Source of the DNA: a virus
Taxonomy: Duplodnaviria > Caudoviricetes
DNA length: 38,096 bases
IMG/VR virus record: IMGVR_UViG_3300037722_000238
Location: 1 to 38,096 of that record
Direction: 5' to 3' (one strand)
Shown here: piece by piece, positions 15,315 to 25,482 of the stretch
Position numbering within the stretch: position 1 is the stretch's first letter
How the letters are laid out: the number at the start of each line of letters is the position of its first letter
Notes under the pieces: model-generated
What the model saw: the letters and a program-made list of their open reading frames with translations, nothing else
Database searches by the model: none
Told to the model about the DNA's origin: nothing
Made by a program: the position numbers and the translations under genes

Positions 15315-15707
15315 TCAGACGGCGGTGCCGTCGATGTCGTCCGAGTCGGGCAGGTCGTCGTGGCGGCGGTTTGCGACTCCGGCACGTTCGAGGCTGATCC
15401 GGAGGGCACGTTCGCTGTCGTACTTCTCCTGCAGTTCCGCCTCGCGGATGCGGGCGTCGACCAGGTCGGTTTCGAGATCCGTCACCCGATCGACGAGGGC
15501 CTTCTGGATGGTGGCTGCGGATTCGCGTTCGTGGCGGGCGGCCTTGAGGATCATTCGGAGGGCGAGCAGTCCGGAACCGAGGATCACCGAGCCGCCGATG
15601 ATCCGGTCGATGTCCGACACTGCGGACGCTTGGGCGACGACGACGACGCCTGCACCGATGAGACCGTTGGATACGAGCTGGCCGACCTTCACGGCGACGG
15701 TCAGCAT
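15315..15707 (-). CDS. Membrane protein with coiled coil (lysis cassette accessory)
   Basis: N-terminal TM segments followed by a heptad-rich helix. Confidence 0.65.
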   Translation of the reverse strand: MLTVAVKVGQLVSNGLIGAGVVVVAQASAVSDIDRIIGGSVILGSGLLALRMILKAARHERESAATIQKALVDRVTDLETDLVDARIREAELQEKYDSERALRISLERAGVANRRHDDLPDSDDIDGTAV

Positions 15708-15713
15708 GGGAAG

Positions 15714-15809
15714 TCAGGGGGCATCGAGTGTCTCCTGGCCTTTTAGGGCGTGCCGGTTGAGGCCGAAGCCGATGAAGCCGACGACGTTGAGGGCTATCTG
15801 CCAGTCCAT
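15714..15809 (-). CDS. Possible small peptide, 31 aa (MDWQIALNVVGFIGFGL...)
   Basis: AAAGGAG RBS; fills the gap. Confidence 0.45.
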   Translation of the reverse strand: MDWQIALNVVGFIGFGLNRHALKGQETLDAP

Positions 15810-15875
15810 GTTCGGCTCCTTTCAGACGCGGGCAGCCAAGGGGCCTTTCGCATGGTTTTCGCGATCTGGACGCTC

Positions 15876-17852
15876 TCAGGCGAGTTTGATGATGGGACCG
15901 AACGTGGCGATCCCGTCGGCCGCCGTGTTATCAACCGACCAGCAGACACCGACATGGGTGGGGGTCATCGTCTTCGTCACATCCGCGATGCCGACGGTTG
16001 TCCACGAGATCCCGTCGGGGGAGAGTTCTTTGCGGAACGTGTTCGCCGCCTGATAGGTGAGACGCAGCCACAACCATGGGAGCGGGCTTGCCCGGTAGGT
16101 GAACAGTGTCGACACGGTCCCCATGGCTGTCAGGGTGCCGTGCCGGGTGTAGACCCGCGTGTTGCCCTCGTTGGAGTGTTGCTGAATGTGCGCTGCCACC
16201 CCGTTCGCGGCGGAAGTGGTGCCGTCCGTGAAGATCACCCCGGCGTCGCCGATACCGGCGTTCCCCACATAGCGGACCGGGACAGCGAACGAATCGCCTG
16301 TACTGAACGTGTGTGCGGCGAGCAGACAGTTGAAGTCCTGGGCTGACTGACCGGAGAACAGGACCGACAGCACACCGGTTTTCTCGGTGAGCGTCTCTGA
16401 ACCGGACACGGTGACGGTGGTCATCCCCGCCGAGACTGTCCCGTCCCATTGGATGTCGGCGGCGTCGGCGCTGTCGGTCTTGTCATACGCATAGTCCGGC
16501 GCTCCACCGCCACCACCGGCAGCCCATTTGACCCCTTCAGTCTGCGCCGAGTCAGCGGTGAGAACCGTGTCGTTCGCCCCGGCACCGATCCGCACCCACG
16601 ACGTGCCGTTGTAGACGGCCAGATCCCCGGCGGTGGTCCCGGACGGCAGCGAACCCGACCCAGTGTCGTCGTCATCGGGAACCCAGTTCGACCCGTCCCA
16701 CTTCAACACCTGCCCGGTAGTGGGAGCGTCGGTGGTCGTGTCCACATCCGATAGGTCGTCTACCGAATGGGCATGCCCCGACGTTGCAAGGCCTGCTTCC
16801 GCGGCGGTCTGGTTGATGAACTCGGATGTTCCCGTGTCATAGGCGACCACCTCGTTATCGGCCGGGGTGCCGGTGATTGTCACATCCGTGAGATCGTCCA
16901 GCGCGGCGGAGGTGGCGGGAAGGTCTGCGAGTGTGATCGACTTCTTCGCGTTCGACGCCTCCGAATCCTCAATGACCAGAAAGTCGGCAGAAACGGGGGT
17001 GGCCTTGGCGGTGATCGCCGCGATCTCACCGGCCACATTGTCGTGGATCGCGTCAGCGTCATTGTGCGCCAGGTCGGTGATGTCCGCTTCCACGTGTGTG
17101 TGATCCCCGGTGGCAAGGTCGGGCGTGCCCAGCGCGGCGACAGCGACCGTCACCACGACGAACGCCGCGTTGGACGAGGTGAAGGGGTCCGGGTCCTCAA
17201 CGTCGGTGTCTGCCACTCGTTTGTACGCCAGGAACCCGGTGGTGTCGCCCGGTCCCGTCTTCCGTTGCACCAGCAGCTCGTAGTCGGCCGTGTCGGAGAT
17301 TTCGGCGTTGGCGGAGGCGTCGTGACCGCCACCGAACACGTACACGTCGTAGGTGCTCACACCATGCGACATGGTCACTTGTGGCGGATTCGGAGTGCTC
17401 GACTTGGCAGAGAACGCAGAGAAGTCCGGGGTGAACGTACTGAAATCCAACCCGGAATGCACCCACGCGATCGACACCGCGAACTGGGCGACCGACGCCA
17501 ACGGCACATCAACAGTGGCACCCTCCGACCCGTCCATGACCCGCCAGAACACCGCCCCATCCTCGGCGTCGGAGGAGACCCCCCCGACTTCCCACCCGGA
17601 CGGGGTTTGGATATCCGCCGCGTTGGTGTCAGCGCAGGTGACACCCAACACCACCAAGTGACCCGCCAAGTAGGTGGGCAGGTCCGCCACCAGCGGATTC
17701 GTAGACGGCTTGTCCTCGTTAGCACCGAACGTGGTCGAGGTCACATCAGTGCGGGACGCCTGCCCGCCCTCAGTCGGCGGACGGACAGTCCGGTTCGATT
17801 TCACCCTGCGGGGCGTCTTCCCGAGACGCCCATACATGCCAGGACTAGGCAT
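15876..17852 (-). CDS. Tail fibre / receptor-binding protein
   Basis: Last large tail gene; HTHVEADITDL, LDDLTDV/VDDLSDV repeats, GQVLKWDGSNWVP, TTAGDL..Y...RIG.G..DTVLTADS...GVKWA; beta-rich C-terminal domain. Confidence 0.8.
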   Translation of the reverse strand: MPSPGMYGRLGKTPRRVKSNRTVRPPTEGGQASRTDVTSTTFGANEDKPSTNPLVADLPTYLAGHLVVLGVTCADTNAADIQTPSGWEVGGVSSDAEDGAVFWRVMDGSEGATVDVPLASVAQFAVSIAWVHSGLDFSTFTPDFSAFSAKSSTPNPPQVTMSHGVSTYDVYVFGGGHDASANAEISDTADYELLVQRKTGPGDTTGFLAYKRVADTDVEDPDPFTSSNAAFVVVTVAVAALGTPDLATGDHTHVEADITDLAHNDADAIHDNVAGEIAAITAKATPVSADFLVIEDSEASNAKKSITLADLPATSAALDDLTDVTITGTPADNEVVAYDTGTSEFINQTAAEAGLATSGHAHSVDDLSDVDTTTDAPTTGQVLKWDGSNWVPDDDDTGSGSLPSGTTAGDLAVYNGTSWVRIGAGANDTVLTADSAQTEGVKWAAGGGGGAPDYAYDKTDSADAADIQWDGTVSAGMTTVTVSGSETLTEKTGVLSVLFSGQSAQDFNCLLAAHTFSTGDSFAVPVRYVGNAGIGDAGVIFTDGTTSAANGVAAHIQQHSNEGNTRVYTRHGTLTAMGTVSTLFTYRASPLPWLWLRLTYQAANTFRKELSPDGISWTTVGIADVTKTMTPTHVGVCWSVDNTAADGIATFGPIIKLA

Positions 17853-18964
17853 TAGACCTCCCAAGCCACATACGGGGTCAACCGGGTGTAGACAGCGTCG
17901 GAATCCCGGTACAGGACATCCATCCCACGGCGAAGCTTCGTCACATACTCGGTCAACTGGAGCAGCACCAGCCCCATGTACCGGCCCCGATGCCACCGCT
18001 TGTTCGCCTCGTCCACCACCGACGGCGGGGCGTACACGCCAAGATGATCCCCCACCCGGATGATCCCGTTCGACAGTTCCCACTGCAACGCTTCGAACTC
18101 GATCTCGATTTCGGCGTCGTACTGGTCGAGCATCGAATCGAAGTAGGTGTCCACGTCGATCGACTGGTCGGTTGGAGGCTGGGACACTTCGACGTTGATG
18201 ACCGCCTGATTCCCGTGCAGGTCCTTCTCTGCGATCGTGGCACGGTCTTTGAAGGCGATGATCTGGCGGGACCCGTCGAAGTTCACACCGACCAGGATCA
18301 CCCTCGTCGCATGATTCCAGGCGTTGAGCCGGGACGTGAACCGGACCGCCTCCACCCCTTTCAACAGGGGATCATCGCCCCAGCCTTCCGGGGTGAGCAC
18401 ATGGGTGATCGCAGCGAGGGTCGTCTTGTTCACCTCGTCACGGGTCGCGAGACACGCATCCAGCATGCCGTCCGGGTCCACCCTCCACGCCAGGTTGAGG
18501 GCTTCGGTGACGGTACGCAACGCGTCGAGTGACGTGTCCGCTTCTTCGAAGTTCCCGCCCGGCCACGCCGCCACCCCTGTCGTGGTGATCGTCCCTGGTG
18601 GGATGGCAGGCGGGAGAATCCCGCCGCTGGCGATCGGGGCGAGGATCTCGTCGACAGTGGTAGCCGTCGTATACGTCGTGTTCTGGGCGAGTACCGCGTC
18701 TGCCAGCCAGCGGACCAGGCCGGGACCCCGAATGTTGTATGTGTTCCGTTCCGTCAGCCGTTCCTTCTCGAGGACGATCCCCGTGTATCGGGCGTTGCCG
18801 AGAATGTCAGCGTCGGAATGCTTGGAAGGTGAGAGAAGCTGTCCGGGCATGACCACGATGTGGCCCCGCCGGACGATCTTGGCGAGTACCGCTTCCGGGG
18901 TCAGGTCCAGTCGGAGGGGAACAGTGAACCGGCCCGGATCTTCGACCCGCTCATGGAGCGGCAT
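17852..18964 (-). CDS. Minor tail protein (hub/Tal-like position)
   Basis: 370 aa; position in the tail module. Confidence 0.7.
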   Translation of the reverse strand: MPLHERVEDPGRFTVPLRLDLTPEAVLAKIVRRGHIVVMPGQLLSPSKHSDADILGNARYTGIVLEKERLTERNTYNIRGPGLVRWLADAVLAQNTTYTTATTVDEILAPIASGGILPPAIPPGTITTTGVAAWPGGNFEEADTSLDALRTVTEALNLAWRVDPDGMLDACLATRDEVNKTTLAAITHVLTPEGWGDDPLLKGVEAVRFTSRLNAWNHATRVILVGVNFDGSRQIIAFKDRATIAEKDLHGNQAVINVEVSQPPTDQSIDVDTYFDSMLDQYDAEIEIEFEALQWELSNGIIRVGDHLGVYAPPSVVDEANKRWHRGRYMGLVLLQLTEYVTKLRRGMDVLYRDSDAVYTRLTPYVAWEV

Positions 18965-19151
18965 CAGGTTTCCTCACCTCCACCCCACACAGCCGGGTCC
19001 CGTTCCGGATCCCCCGACCTTTCCACTTCCCGGACCGGATCCAGATGCCCTCGTCGGTGCCGCCCCTTTCGAAATGCCGGACCCGGAACTTCTCGATGTG
19101 AGCTTCGATCTTCTCCTGAGAACTGTCGGGCAGGTCGATGATGGTTCTCAT
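18951..19151 (-). CDS. Small hypothetical protein between minor tail genes (MRTIIDLPD...)
   Basis: ATGA overlap with the upstream gene; fills the gap. Confidence 0.55.
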   Translation of the reverse strand: MRTIIDLPDSSQEKIEAHIEKFRVRHFERGGTDEGIWIRSGKWKGRGIRNGTRLCGVEVRKPDAAP

Positions 19152-20407
19152 CGTCTCATCGACCTTGTGATCTCCCACAGCCACGCCGACGCCTGCAACA
19201 TGACCGCCCCCGTGTCGTCGTTTGCGGCCGCCGCCGACCCGCCGTCTTCGATGCCGAGCACGAACGCGATTTCTTTGGTGGCCGGCCAGTCCAAACCGCC
19301 GTTGGTGGTGTCGACCGCGGAATGTTCCCATCCGCCGAGAAACCAGCGGTTCCCGTCGGCGTCGTTGGCTGAGTCTTCGACGGCCATGTTCCCTGACGCC
19401 CCGGCCGGTGTGATCGCGGTGGCCGCGTCGGTGGTCTCCCGGTCCACTGACCATGTGACGGCGTTGCCAGTCCATGCGAACCGGAGGATGAAGAACGGCA
19501 TGCCCCGTCGGGCGATGATCTCCAGGTAGTGCAGAAACGAGGTGGGGTCGGCTTCGTCGGCGTCGCGGGTGATACTGAAGATGGACACCTCGGGCGTATT
19601 GTAAACAATCGACGGATAGTTCCAGGCGGGGATCGCCGTTGTCGACGCGAACTTGATCTTGAATCCGTACGGGGTTTGATCGACCGAATGTTGCAGGTTG
19701 AGGACCCCGTCGTTCACCCCGTCGGCGAACAGGTCGACGATCCCGGTCGAGATCTTCCATGAGGTGAGGTCTTCGGGGGCGTCCAGCCCGGTCCGGGTCT
19801 TACCGCCGAGCGTGATCTTGGTGGCAGCCTTGTAATAGTCGGCGGGGGCAACCGACCAGGTGGGGGCGAGCGTCTTGTCGACGTCTTTGAACACCCGGAT
19901 GGTCCCGTCGACTGTCGCCCGGTCGAACGCTGTCGGGGTCCCGGCGTCGGAGATGGCGTGTGCCCCGGCTGGAGGCGCCCACGTGAAGTCGACTTCGGAT
20001 TCGATCAGCCCGTAATCGTTGTCGATCAGTAATCCTTGGATGGCCGACTCGAACTTGACCGCCCCCGTCGATCCGGTCTCCTCGACTGTCAGATCGAACG
20101 GGATGTTGTTGGCTGCGGCATCCGCGAACGACTCGTCCGAAATGTCGATGTCGACGTCGGACAGGGTGTAAAACCGGTCGCCGCCGGCGTACTCGGAGAA
20201 GGTGAGCGCGACCGCCTGGCCGATCATCTGGGTCATCTCGTTGGTGAGCGCCTCAATGTCGGCTTTGGTGGCGCTCACCGCCTCACCACGGATGCGATGC
20301 CGGATGCGGCGGCCGTCAGCGGAGATGCGCCACGCTTTGATGAACTCGAGGGTGACGTGGGTGGTGTCGCCTGCCGCGCCGATCCGTCCGAAAGTGAAGG
20401 TTGCCAT
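19148..20407 (-). CDS. Minor tail protein (distal-tail position)
   Basis: 419 aa, immediately after the tape measure gene. Confidence 0.7.
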   Translation of the reverse strand: MATFTFGRIGAAGDTTHVTLEFIKAWRISADGRRIRHRIRGEAVSATKADIEALTNEMTQMIGQAVALTFSEYAGGDRFYTLSDVDIDISDESFADAAANNIPFDLTVEETGSTGAVKFESAIQGLLIDNDYGLIESEVDFTWAPPAGAHAISDAGTPTAFDRATVDGTIRVFKDVDKTLAPTWSVAPADYYKAATKITLGGKTRTGLDAPEDLTSWKISTGIVDLFADGVNDGVLNLQHSVDQTPYGFKIKFASTTAIPAWNYPSIVYNTPEVSIFSITRDADEADPTSFLHYLEIIARRGMPFFILRFAWTGNAVTWSVDRETTDAATAITPAGASGNMAVEDSANDADGNRWFLGGWEHSAVDTTNGGLDWPATKEIAFVLGIEDGGSAAAANDDTGAVMLQASAWLWEITRSMRR

Positions 20408-22638
20408 CAGTCGATGACCTCCTGTCCGATGCGGATCAGCTCCCGTTCCAGGTCACGGATTGGCAGCACCCGGCCTTCGCTGGTGACGAACACGCCGAGC
20501 GTGCGGAGCGCAGAGTCGTATTCGCGGACGTCGTCGATGAGGAACCGGAACAGCTCATGTTGCAGGCCGGACCGTTCGATCATCGCGTTGAGAGCGTCGA
20601 CGGTCGGACCGGAGATCGTGTCGGCCAGGTCCTTCGACACGGCGTCCAGTTCGGCTTCGGCGACGAGCACATCGATAGCCGCCGCCTCCCGGTCCCGGTC
20701 GGTTGCCGTCTTGTCCTTCGACACTTCGACCAGCCGATCCTGTGCTTGGGAGGCGCGCTGCTCTGCCAACGCCCGGGCCAGCACCGGGTCGGTGAGGGCA
20801 AGCTGTTCCCGCGCAAAGTTCCGGATGGTCTCCGAAGCGAACGCGAGACGCCGGTTGAACTCTGTGGTGTCCGGTGCGGGGACCACGCCGGGCGGGGCGA
20901 ACCGGGAGAACACCCGGTTGAGCTCTTCCTGCTCCTGAGCTTGGAGCGTCGTCATGAAAATGGACTGTTCTTGAGCGTTGCGGTACCGGCCGTACGTGCT
21001 GGTCGCGTCTTCGGTGGCGTCGATCGAGTCCCGGATCGTGTCGATGAGCCGCGGCCACCGGCCGGGCGACAGCACATCCTCGACTTGGATGTTGAGTTCG
21101 CCCATGCCGGGATTCAGTTTCTGTGAGAGGGCGCTGCCGAGCTTGTTGGAGGCGGCTTCGGCGGCGAGCAGCCCTGCGGTGGTAGCGACGATGGGGGCGA
21201 CGGCGGCAGCGAAAGCGGCGGCGGAGGCTCCCGCGGTGGTGGCGGACGCCCGGAGCGCAGCGATCGACTGGGATTGTGCGGCCTGGCGTGCGGTCAGACC
21301 GGCGACCGCCCCACCGGCTGCCGCTCCGACACCACCGACCGCGCCTGCTGCCCCAGCCCCTGCCCCGGCGATCCCGGCGGCCGCCTGAGCAGCCCCGGCA
21401 CCGGCGGCGGCGACCTTGATGGCGTTCCACGCGGTAGCCAACTTCCCCAGAATGACGAGTACCGGACCGACCGCGGCGAGCAGCAGCCCGAAGTTGATGA
21501 TCTCCTGCTTATGGGCGGGGGACATTTCCCGGAACGCCCTCGCTACCCCCGCGACCGCCTGGGCTACATCGGCGAGGGCGGGGAGAACCTCGGCGCCGAG
21601 GTCGGTGCCCGCCACCTTGAGTTCGTTGACCGCCTGCTTCAGCCGGAAGGCGGGCGACTCGTTCAACTGTTCCCATGCTTTGTCGACGAGCCCGACCGAG
21701 TCGGCGACCCCGCCCATAACCGAGTCGACGATGGAGGCGTCCTGGGCGAGGACGTTCATCACACCCCGGAACGCCCGGACGTTAGGGATCACTTTGACGA
21801 GGGCTTCTTCGTTGTCGCCGAGCGCACCGTCGAGGAGCCGCATCACGTCGATGAGACCGCCCGGCTGGGCTGCGATCTCCCGCAGGTCGCTCATCGACAG
21901 ACCGGCGTCTGACAGGACGCGGGACGCTTCGGCCCCCGGCTTGAGCAACGACGTCAAGATCGCGCCGAGCGACGTGGACGCTTCTGATGCGTCGAGACCG
22001 GTCCGGGACATGACCGCCAACGCGCCCGCCACCTGCTCGAACCCGATCCCCATCGCCGAGGCGGTGGGGAGGAGCTTGCCGATGACCGGGGCCAGTGACG
22101 CCGCTTCGAGCTTTCCTTCGCGGACGGCGGCGGTGAGAATGTCAGTAGCGCGGGCGGCAGTCAGGTTCTCAGCACCGTATGCGTTGACCGCTGATGTGAC
22201 CGCGTCCGCGACGGTGACCGTCTCACCGAGACCGAAAGCCGCCGCTTTGGCGGACGCTTCGAGGACGTCCATCGCTGCCTGACCCCGGAAACCGGCAGAG
22301 GTGACCTGGAACAGCGCCTCGGCGAGCCCGGAAGCAGATTGGGCGGTCTCCGCGGCCAGCCCGGCCACCTCGCTTCGCCATGCGTTGACCTGTTCGGAGG
22401 CGACACCGACGAGGGTGACGATCTTTGTCATCGACGTGTCGAACTCGGCGGCGGCCCGGCCGGCCAGCGTGAACCCGGCGACAATCGGAAGGGTCAGGTT
22501 CCGGGTGAAGTCCTTCCCGGTCTTCTGAAGTTTCTCGCCGAGAGCCTGGGTGTCCCTGGTGGCGGACTGGAACGCCTGGCTGAGTTGAGTGGCGTCCCCG
22601 ATGACGGAGACGCGCACGATTGAGCTACGTCGCGCCAT
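20407..22638 (-). CDS. Tape measure protein (TP901-family core)
   Basis: Ala-rich 743 aa; LTLPIVAG..AAAEFDTSMTKI, ALFQVTSAG, ATDILTAAVREGK. Confidence 0.92.
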   Translation of the reverse strand: MARRSSIVRVSVIGDATQLSQAFQSATRDTQALGEKLQKTGKDFTRNLTLPIVAGFTLAGRAAAEFDTSMTKIVTLVGVASEQVNAWRSEVAGLAAETAQSASGLAEALFQVTSAGFRGQAAMDVLEASAKAAAFGLGETVTVADAVTSAVNAYGAENLTAARATDILTAAVREGKLEAASLAPVIGKLLPTASAMGIGFEQVAGALAVMSRTGLDASEASTSLGAILTSLLKPGAEASRVLSDAGLSMSDLREIAAQPGGLIDVMRLLDGALGDNEEALVKVIPNVRAFRGVMNVLAQDASIVDSVMGGVADSVGLVDKAWEQLNESPAFRLKQAVNELKVAGTDLGAEVLPALADVAQAVAGVARAFREMSPAHKQEIINFGLLLAAVGPVLVILGKLATAWNAIKVAAAGAGAAQAAAGIAGAGAGAAGAVGGVGAAAGGAVAGLTARQAAQSQSIAALRASATTAGASAAAFAAAVAPIVATTAGLLAAEAASNKLGSALSQKLNPGMGELNIQVEDVLSPGRWPRLIDTIRDSIDATEDATSTYGRYRNAQEQSIFMTTLQAQEQEELNRVFSRFAPPGVVPAPDTTEFNRRLAFASETIRNFAREQLALTDPVLARALAEQRASQAQDRLVEVSKDKTATDRDREAAAIDVLVAEAELDAVSKDLADTISGPTVDALNAMIERSGLQHELFRFLIDDVREYDSALRTLGVFVTSEGRVLPIRDLERELIRIGQEVID

Positions 22639-22770
22639 CGGGGTACTCCTTCAGGTCTTCGAGGTACCGGGCAAAGTCAGCGCCGGTGAGCGTCCAGAAC
22701 TCGGACGGTTGCATCCGGTAGACACGCGAAAAGACCGGCAGCCATCTGGCTAGCCGGTCTCGGTAGGGTC
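22625..22770 (-). CDS. Frameshift extension of the tail assembly chaperone (gpGT-like)
   Basis: -1 frame reads PYRDRLARWLPVFSRVYRMQPSEFWTLTGADFARYLEDLKEYPDGAT*; overlaps the chaperone 3' end; P.EFW.LT motif is typical of gpT segments. Confidence 0.65.
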
Positions 22771-23034
22771 CAGCCCCGTCTCAGCGTCACTGGCTTCTTC
22801 GGTGATGAAGTCGACGTCCACCTGGTCGATGTCAACGTCTGGGTAGCGGCTGCGGACTTTCGCTGCGATCACCGCCAGGATCGTCGTCGGCCGGGCCACC
22901 TGCTCGTTGACGAACTCGTCCCATTCGGCGTTCCCGATTTCCTTCTGCACGGCGACGGACTCGCGGAGGGTGAGGTTGTCGAATGAGATGTCCACCTCTT
23001 CGGTGTTGCCGTCGATCTCGACCTTTACTTTCAT
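22750..23034 (-). CDS. Tail assembly chaperone (gpG-like)
   Basis: Acidic 94 aa ending in DPTETG, upstream of the tape measure gene. Confidence 0.75.
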   Translation of the reverse strand: MKVKVEIDGNTEEVDISFDNLTLRESVAVQKEIGNAEWDEFVNEQVARPTTILAVIAAKVRSRYPDVDIDQVDVDFITEEASDAETGLDPTETG

Positions 23035-23414
23035 CTGATCTCCCTGTTCCACACCCGGTCGATAAGCCGGTCGGTCTCTCTGAAATAGATGTCCACCACC
23101 GTCTCCTCCTTGGCGGCGAGCGCGTCGGTGAGGAACGTTTGCGGTGCGATGTTCCGGGCGGGCCACCCCCAATGGATCGGACGGGCGTACCGGATGCGGG
23201 CGCCACCGGCAGCGACTGTCCCTGCCCGCTGGCTACCCAACGCCCGGATCGAGTCGGCCAGTTGACGAGTCAGGACCGGCGCGTTCGGACGGGCGGACCG
23301 GGCGACCGGCTCAGCCGCCTTCCGATGGATGGCCTTCTGTTCGGCCCGGTACTCTTTCGGGACCGCCCGCAACGCCCGGTTGAGTTCCCGGAGCCCCTCG
23401 ACTCGGACGGTCAC
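23031..23414 (-). CDS. HK97 gp10-like tail component
   Basis: VRVEGLRELNRALR...APVLT..LADSIR...YARPIHWGWP...PQTFLTDAL. Confidence 0.8.
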   Translation of the reverse strand: MTVRVEGLRELNRALRAVPKEYRAEQKAIHRKAAEPVARSARPNAPVLTRQLADSIRALGSQRAGTVAAGGARIRYARPIHWGWPARNIAPQTFLTDALAAKEETVVDIYFRETDRLIDRVWNREIR

Positions 23415-24391
23415 ACTGAGGTGGTCGTGTTCTGCAGTTCGATCGTCACCGCATCCAACGACGCATGGTCCAGGCCGATGCCGGGCACGTTCACATACAC
23501 CAGTTCGGTGTCCGACACGGTCGGCGTGTCACCGGTGAAATGGAAGTTGTTGACGGTGATCCGGAAGATGTACGTCTGTACGTCTTCGATGACCGGCCCG
23601 ATGAACTCGAGCTCCAACTTCAGATCAGTGTCGGCGGTGAACGGCGTGTGGAAGTCCGTCAGGTTCTGGAATTCGACGTCGAGGGCGGCGGTGATCGAGT
23701 CGAGCGGACGGTTGATCTGCTCAGCTTTGATGCCCGATCCGCCCAGGAACCGGCGTTCGGTGCGCAGGTTGTTGGCGATCTTCAGCGACGGGACCGACCG
23801 GACCGACGCCAGCAGCACGTCATCCTTGTACACGCCGCCCTCCGAGTAGGCGAAGATGGTCGGGTCGGGGGCGGTGTAGGTGGCGAGGGCGGTGCCGGTG
23901 GTTTCGTTCCACGCGTCGATCCCCCAGTCCACCATGAGCAGTTCGTCGGCGCCGATCTTGAAGTCGGCGGAGACGACCTTGCATCCGTTGTAGGTGAACG
24001 GGCGGACCGTCCCACCCGAATCCTCGATGCCTTTCTGGATGGTCATCGACAGGCCGGAGAGCGACCCGGGGCTGAACTTGTGGAGGAACACGGTGGGGGC
24101 GCCAACATCGTCCGGCTGGGAGGTCACCACGGTGCCGAGGAGCATCTCGTAGAACTTCTCGTATCCAATGTAGGGGACTTCGGATGTGATGGTGCCGCCC
24201 GCCCCACGGGACGTTTCCCGACGGCCGGTACCGCCGTACCGGCGGCCGGCGGCGATTCCCCGGCTGTCCTGATAGTTGATGCCGAGCCGCAGGTTTTCGG
24301 ACACGAACTCGACGGACTCGGTGACCGTCACCGGCGTGCCGACAGCCACGGTCTCTTCGGCGTACATCAGCTGATGGTTTACGGAACCCAT
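23411..24391 (-). CDS. Major tail (tube) protein
   Basis: 326 aa; EET..GTPVTVT..VEFVSENL and FTYNGCKV motifs; position. Confidence 0.8.
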   Translation of the reverse strand: MGSVNHQLMYAEETVAVGTPVTVTESVEFVSENLRLGINYQDSRGIAAGRRYGGTGRRETSRGAGGTITSEVPYIGYEKFYEMLLGTVVTSQPDDVGAPTVFLHKFSPGSLSGLSMTIQKGIEDSGGTVRPFTYNGCKVVSADFKIGADELLMVDWGIDAWNETTGTALATYTAPDPTIFAYSEGGVYKDDVLLASVRSVPSLKIANNLRTERRFLGGSGIKAEQINRPLDSITAALDVEFQNLTDFHTPFTADTDLKLELEFIGPVIEDVQTYIFRITVNNFHFTGDTPTVSDTELVYVNVPGIGLDHASLDAVTIELQNTTTSV

Positions 24392-24406
24392 TGGATCCTC
24401 CGGGGG

Positions 24407-24880
24407 TTAGGGGACTCGAACGGAAACGTCGATGTTGAAGTCGGTGACCACAGCCCACCCATCCTCAGTCCGATATGGGGTGTGGTTCCCTTCGGCCACA
24501 ATCGACCGGAGGGTTTGACTGCCGACGGCGGGCGGGTCGTCACGGATCTCCTCGATCACATGGTCAAGGAGATCCTGGGCGCGGGTCATGGCCGCGGCGA
24601 ACGTCGCTGAGGACTCAGACGCCTTACCGGAGGACTTCACTTGCAGCCGCCCCGGTACGATGAAGTCGTCGTTGCGGCGGCCAGAGCCGAACGCCGCATG
24701 CTCCTGAGTGAAACGGATGGGGTCGTCCGGTCGGACAAGGAAGATCGCTTCGTCGAGCGCGCTGACCCCTTCGCCGACGATGTAGACGCCCACATCGGCG
24801 AAGTCGGCGTCTGCGGCAACCCGGGTGGCCAGCTGGTCGCGTAGCGCGGTGATAAACGCGCCGGCCGTGTTCCCGGCCAT
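24407..24880 (-). CDS. Tail terminator / completion protein
   Basis: Position between adaptor and tail tube; size. Confidence 0.6.
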   Translation of the reverse strand: MAGNTAGAFITALRDQLATRVAADADFADVGVYIVGEGVSALDEAIFLVRPDDPIRFTQEHAAFGSGRRNDDFIVPGRLQVKSSGKASESSATFAAAMTRAQDLLDHVIEEIRDDPPAVGSQTLRSIVAEGNHTPYRTEDGWAVVTDFNIDVSVRVP

Positions 24881-25482
24881 CAGACAGCTCCGAGAATGAC
24901 ACGCTGAAAGTCGTGGATTCGTTCGAGGACCCGCAGCTCTGACGACGAGATCCGGACTGCGCCATCAGGGCCGAATCCGGCGACACCAAACGGGGCGTCT
25001 TTCCGCTTCCACGATTCGGCGGCCAGCTCCAGACACACCTGTGTGACGTCGACCGGGACTGCCGCCCACCCCCATTGGGCGGTGATCTGGGCTCTCGCCC
25101 GGCGTCCTCCGGTTGGGAAGGTTTCGTCGTCGATGGCGGTGATCCACCACCAGGGCCATCCTGGCGGCGGGTCGAGCGGTTCGGTCTGATAGTCGTCGGA
25201 CGCCCAGGTGGTGTCGTAGGTGCCGTCGGCGGTCGTGTCTGTTTTCACCACCAGCCCGGTGGTGGTGTGAAAGTCGGGGACGTCCAACTCGTATGGGTCG
25301 TCGGCCCGGAACGTCTTGGCGGTCGCCGAGCCGGTGTCGTAGAAGATCCGCCCGGCGTACTTGTCGATTTTCCGGGAGGCCGATTCGACAGCCCTTTCCA
25401 GATCGTCGTCGTGGGCGGTGCCGGAGACCTCCACGAAATCTTTCAGACTGGCGAGAGTGGCGTATCCCTGATTGATGGCCAT
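24880..25482 (-). CDS. Head-tail adaptor (gp6-like connector)
   Basis: YATLASLKDF...DDDLERAVESASRKIDKYAGRIF...WGWAAVPVDVTQVCL...KRKDAPFGVAG. Confidence 0.85.
   Translation of the reverse strand: MAINQGYATLASLKDFVEVSGTAHDDDLERAVESASRKIDKYAGRIFYDTGSATAKTFRADDPYELDVPDFHTTTGLVVKTDTTADGTYDTTWASDDYQTEPLDPPPGWPWWWITAIDDETFPTGGRRARAQITAQWGWAAVPVDVTQVCLELAAESWKRKDAPFGVAGFGPDGAVRISSSELRVLERIHDFQRVILGAV

Noticed and set aside
13823-15409. ORF-track N-terminal extensions of endolysin, capsid, portal, tail fibre and other genes
   Set aside because: They overlap upstream genes; internal starts with RBS or stop/start coupling were used instead
15820-15872. Riboswitch or ribozyme upstream of the lysis cassette (CAGAUCGCG...CGCGUCUG stem with GAAA motifs)
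   Set aside because: Only one modest stem; the conserved cores of c-di-GMP riboswitches and hammerheads are not present
22625-22750. Chaperone extension fused in frame to the tape measure protein
   Set aside because: On re-reading, the extension ends at TAG 22625-22627 in a different frame from the tape measure ATG at 22638
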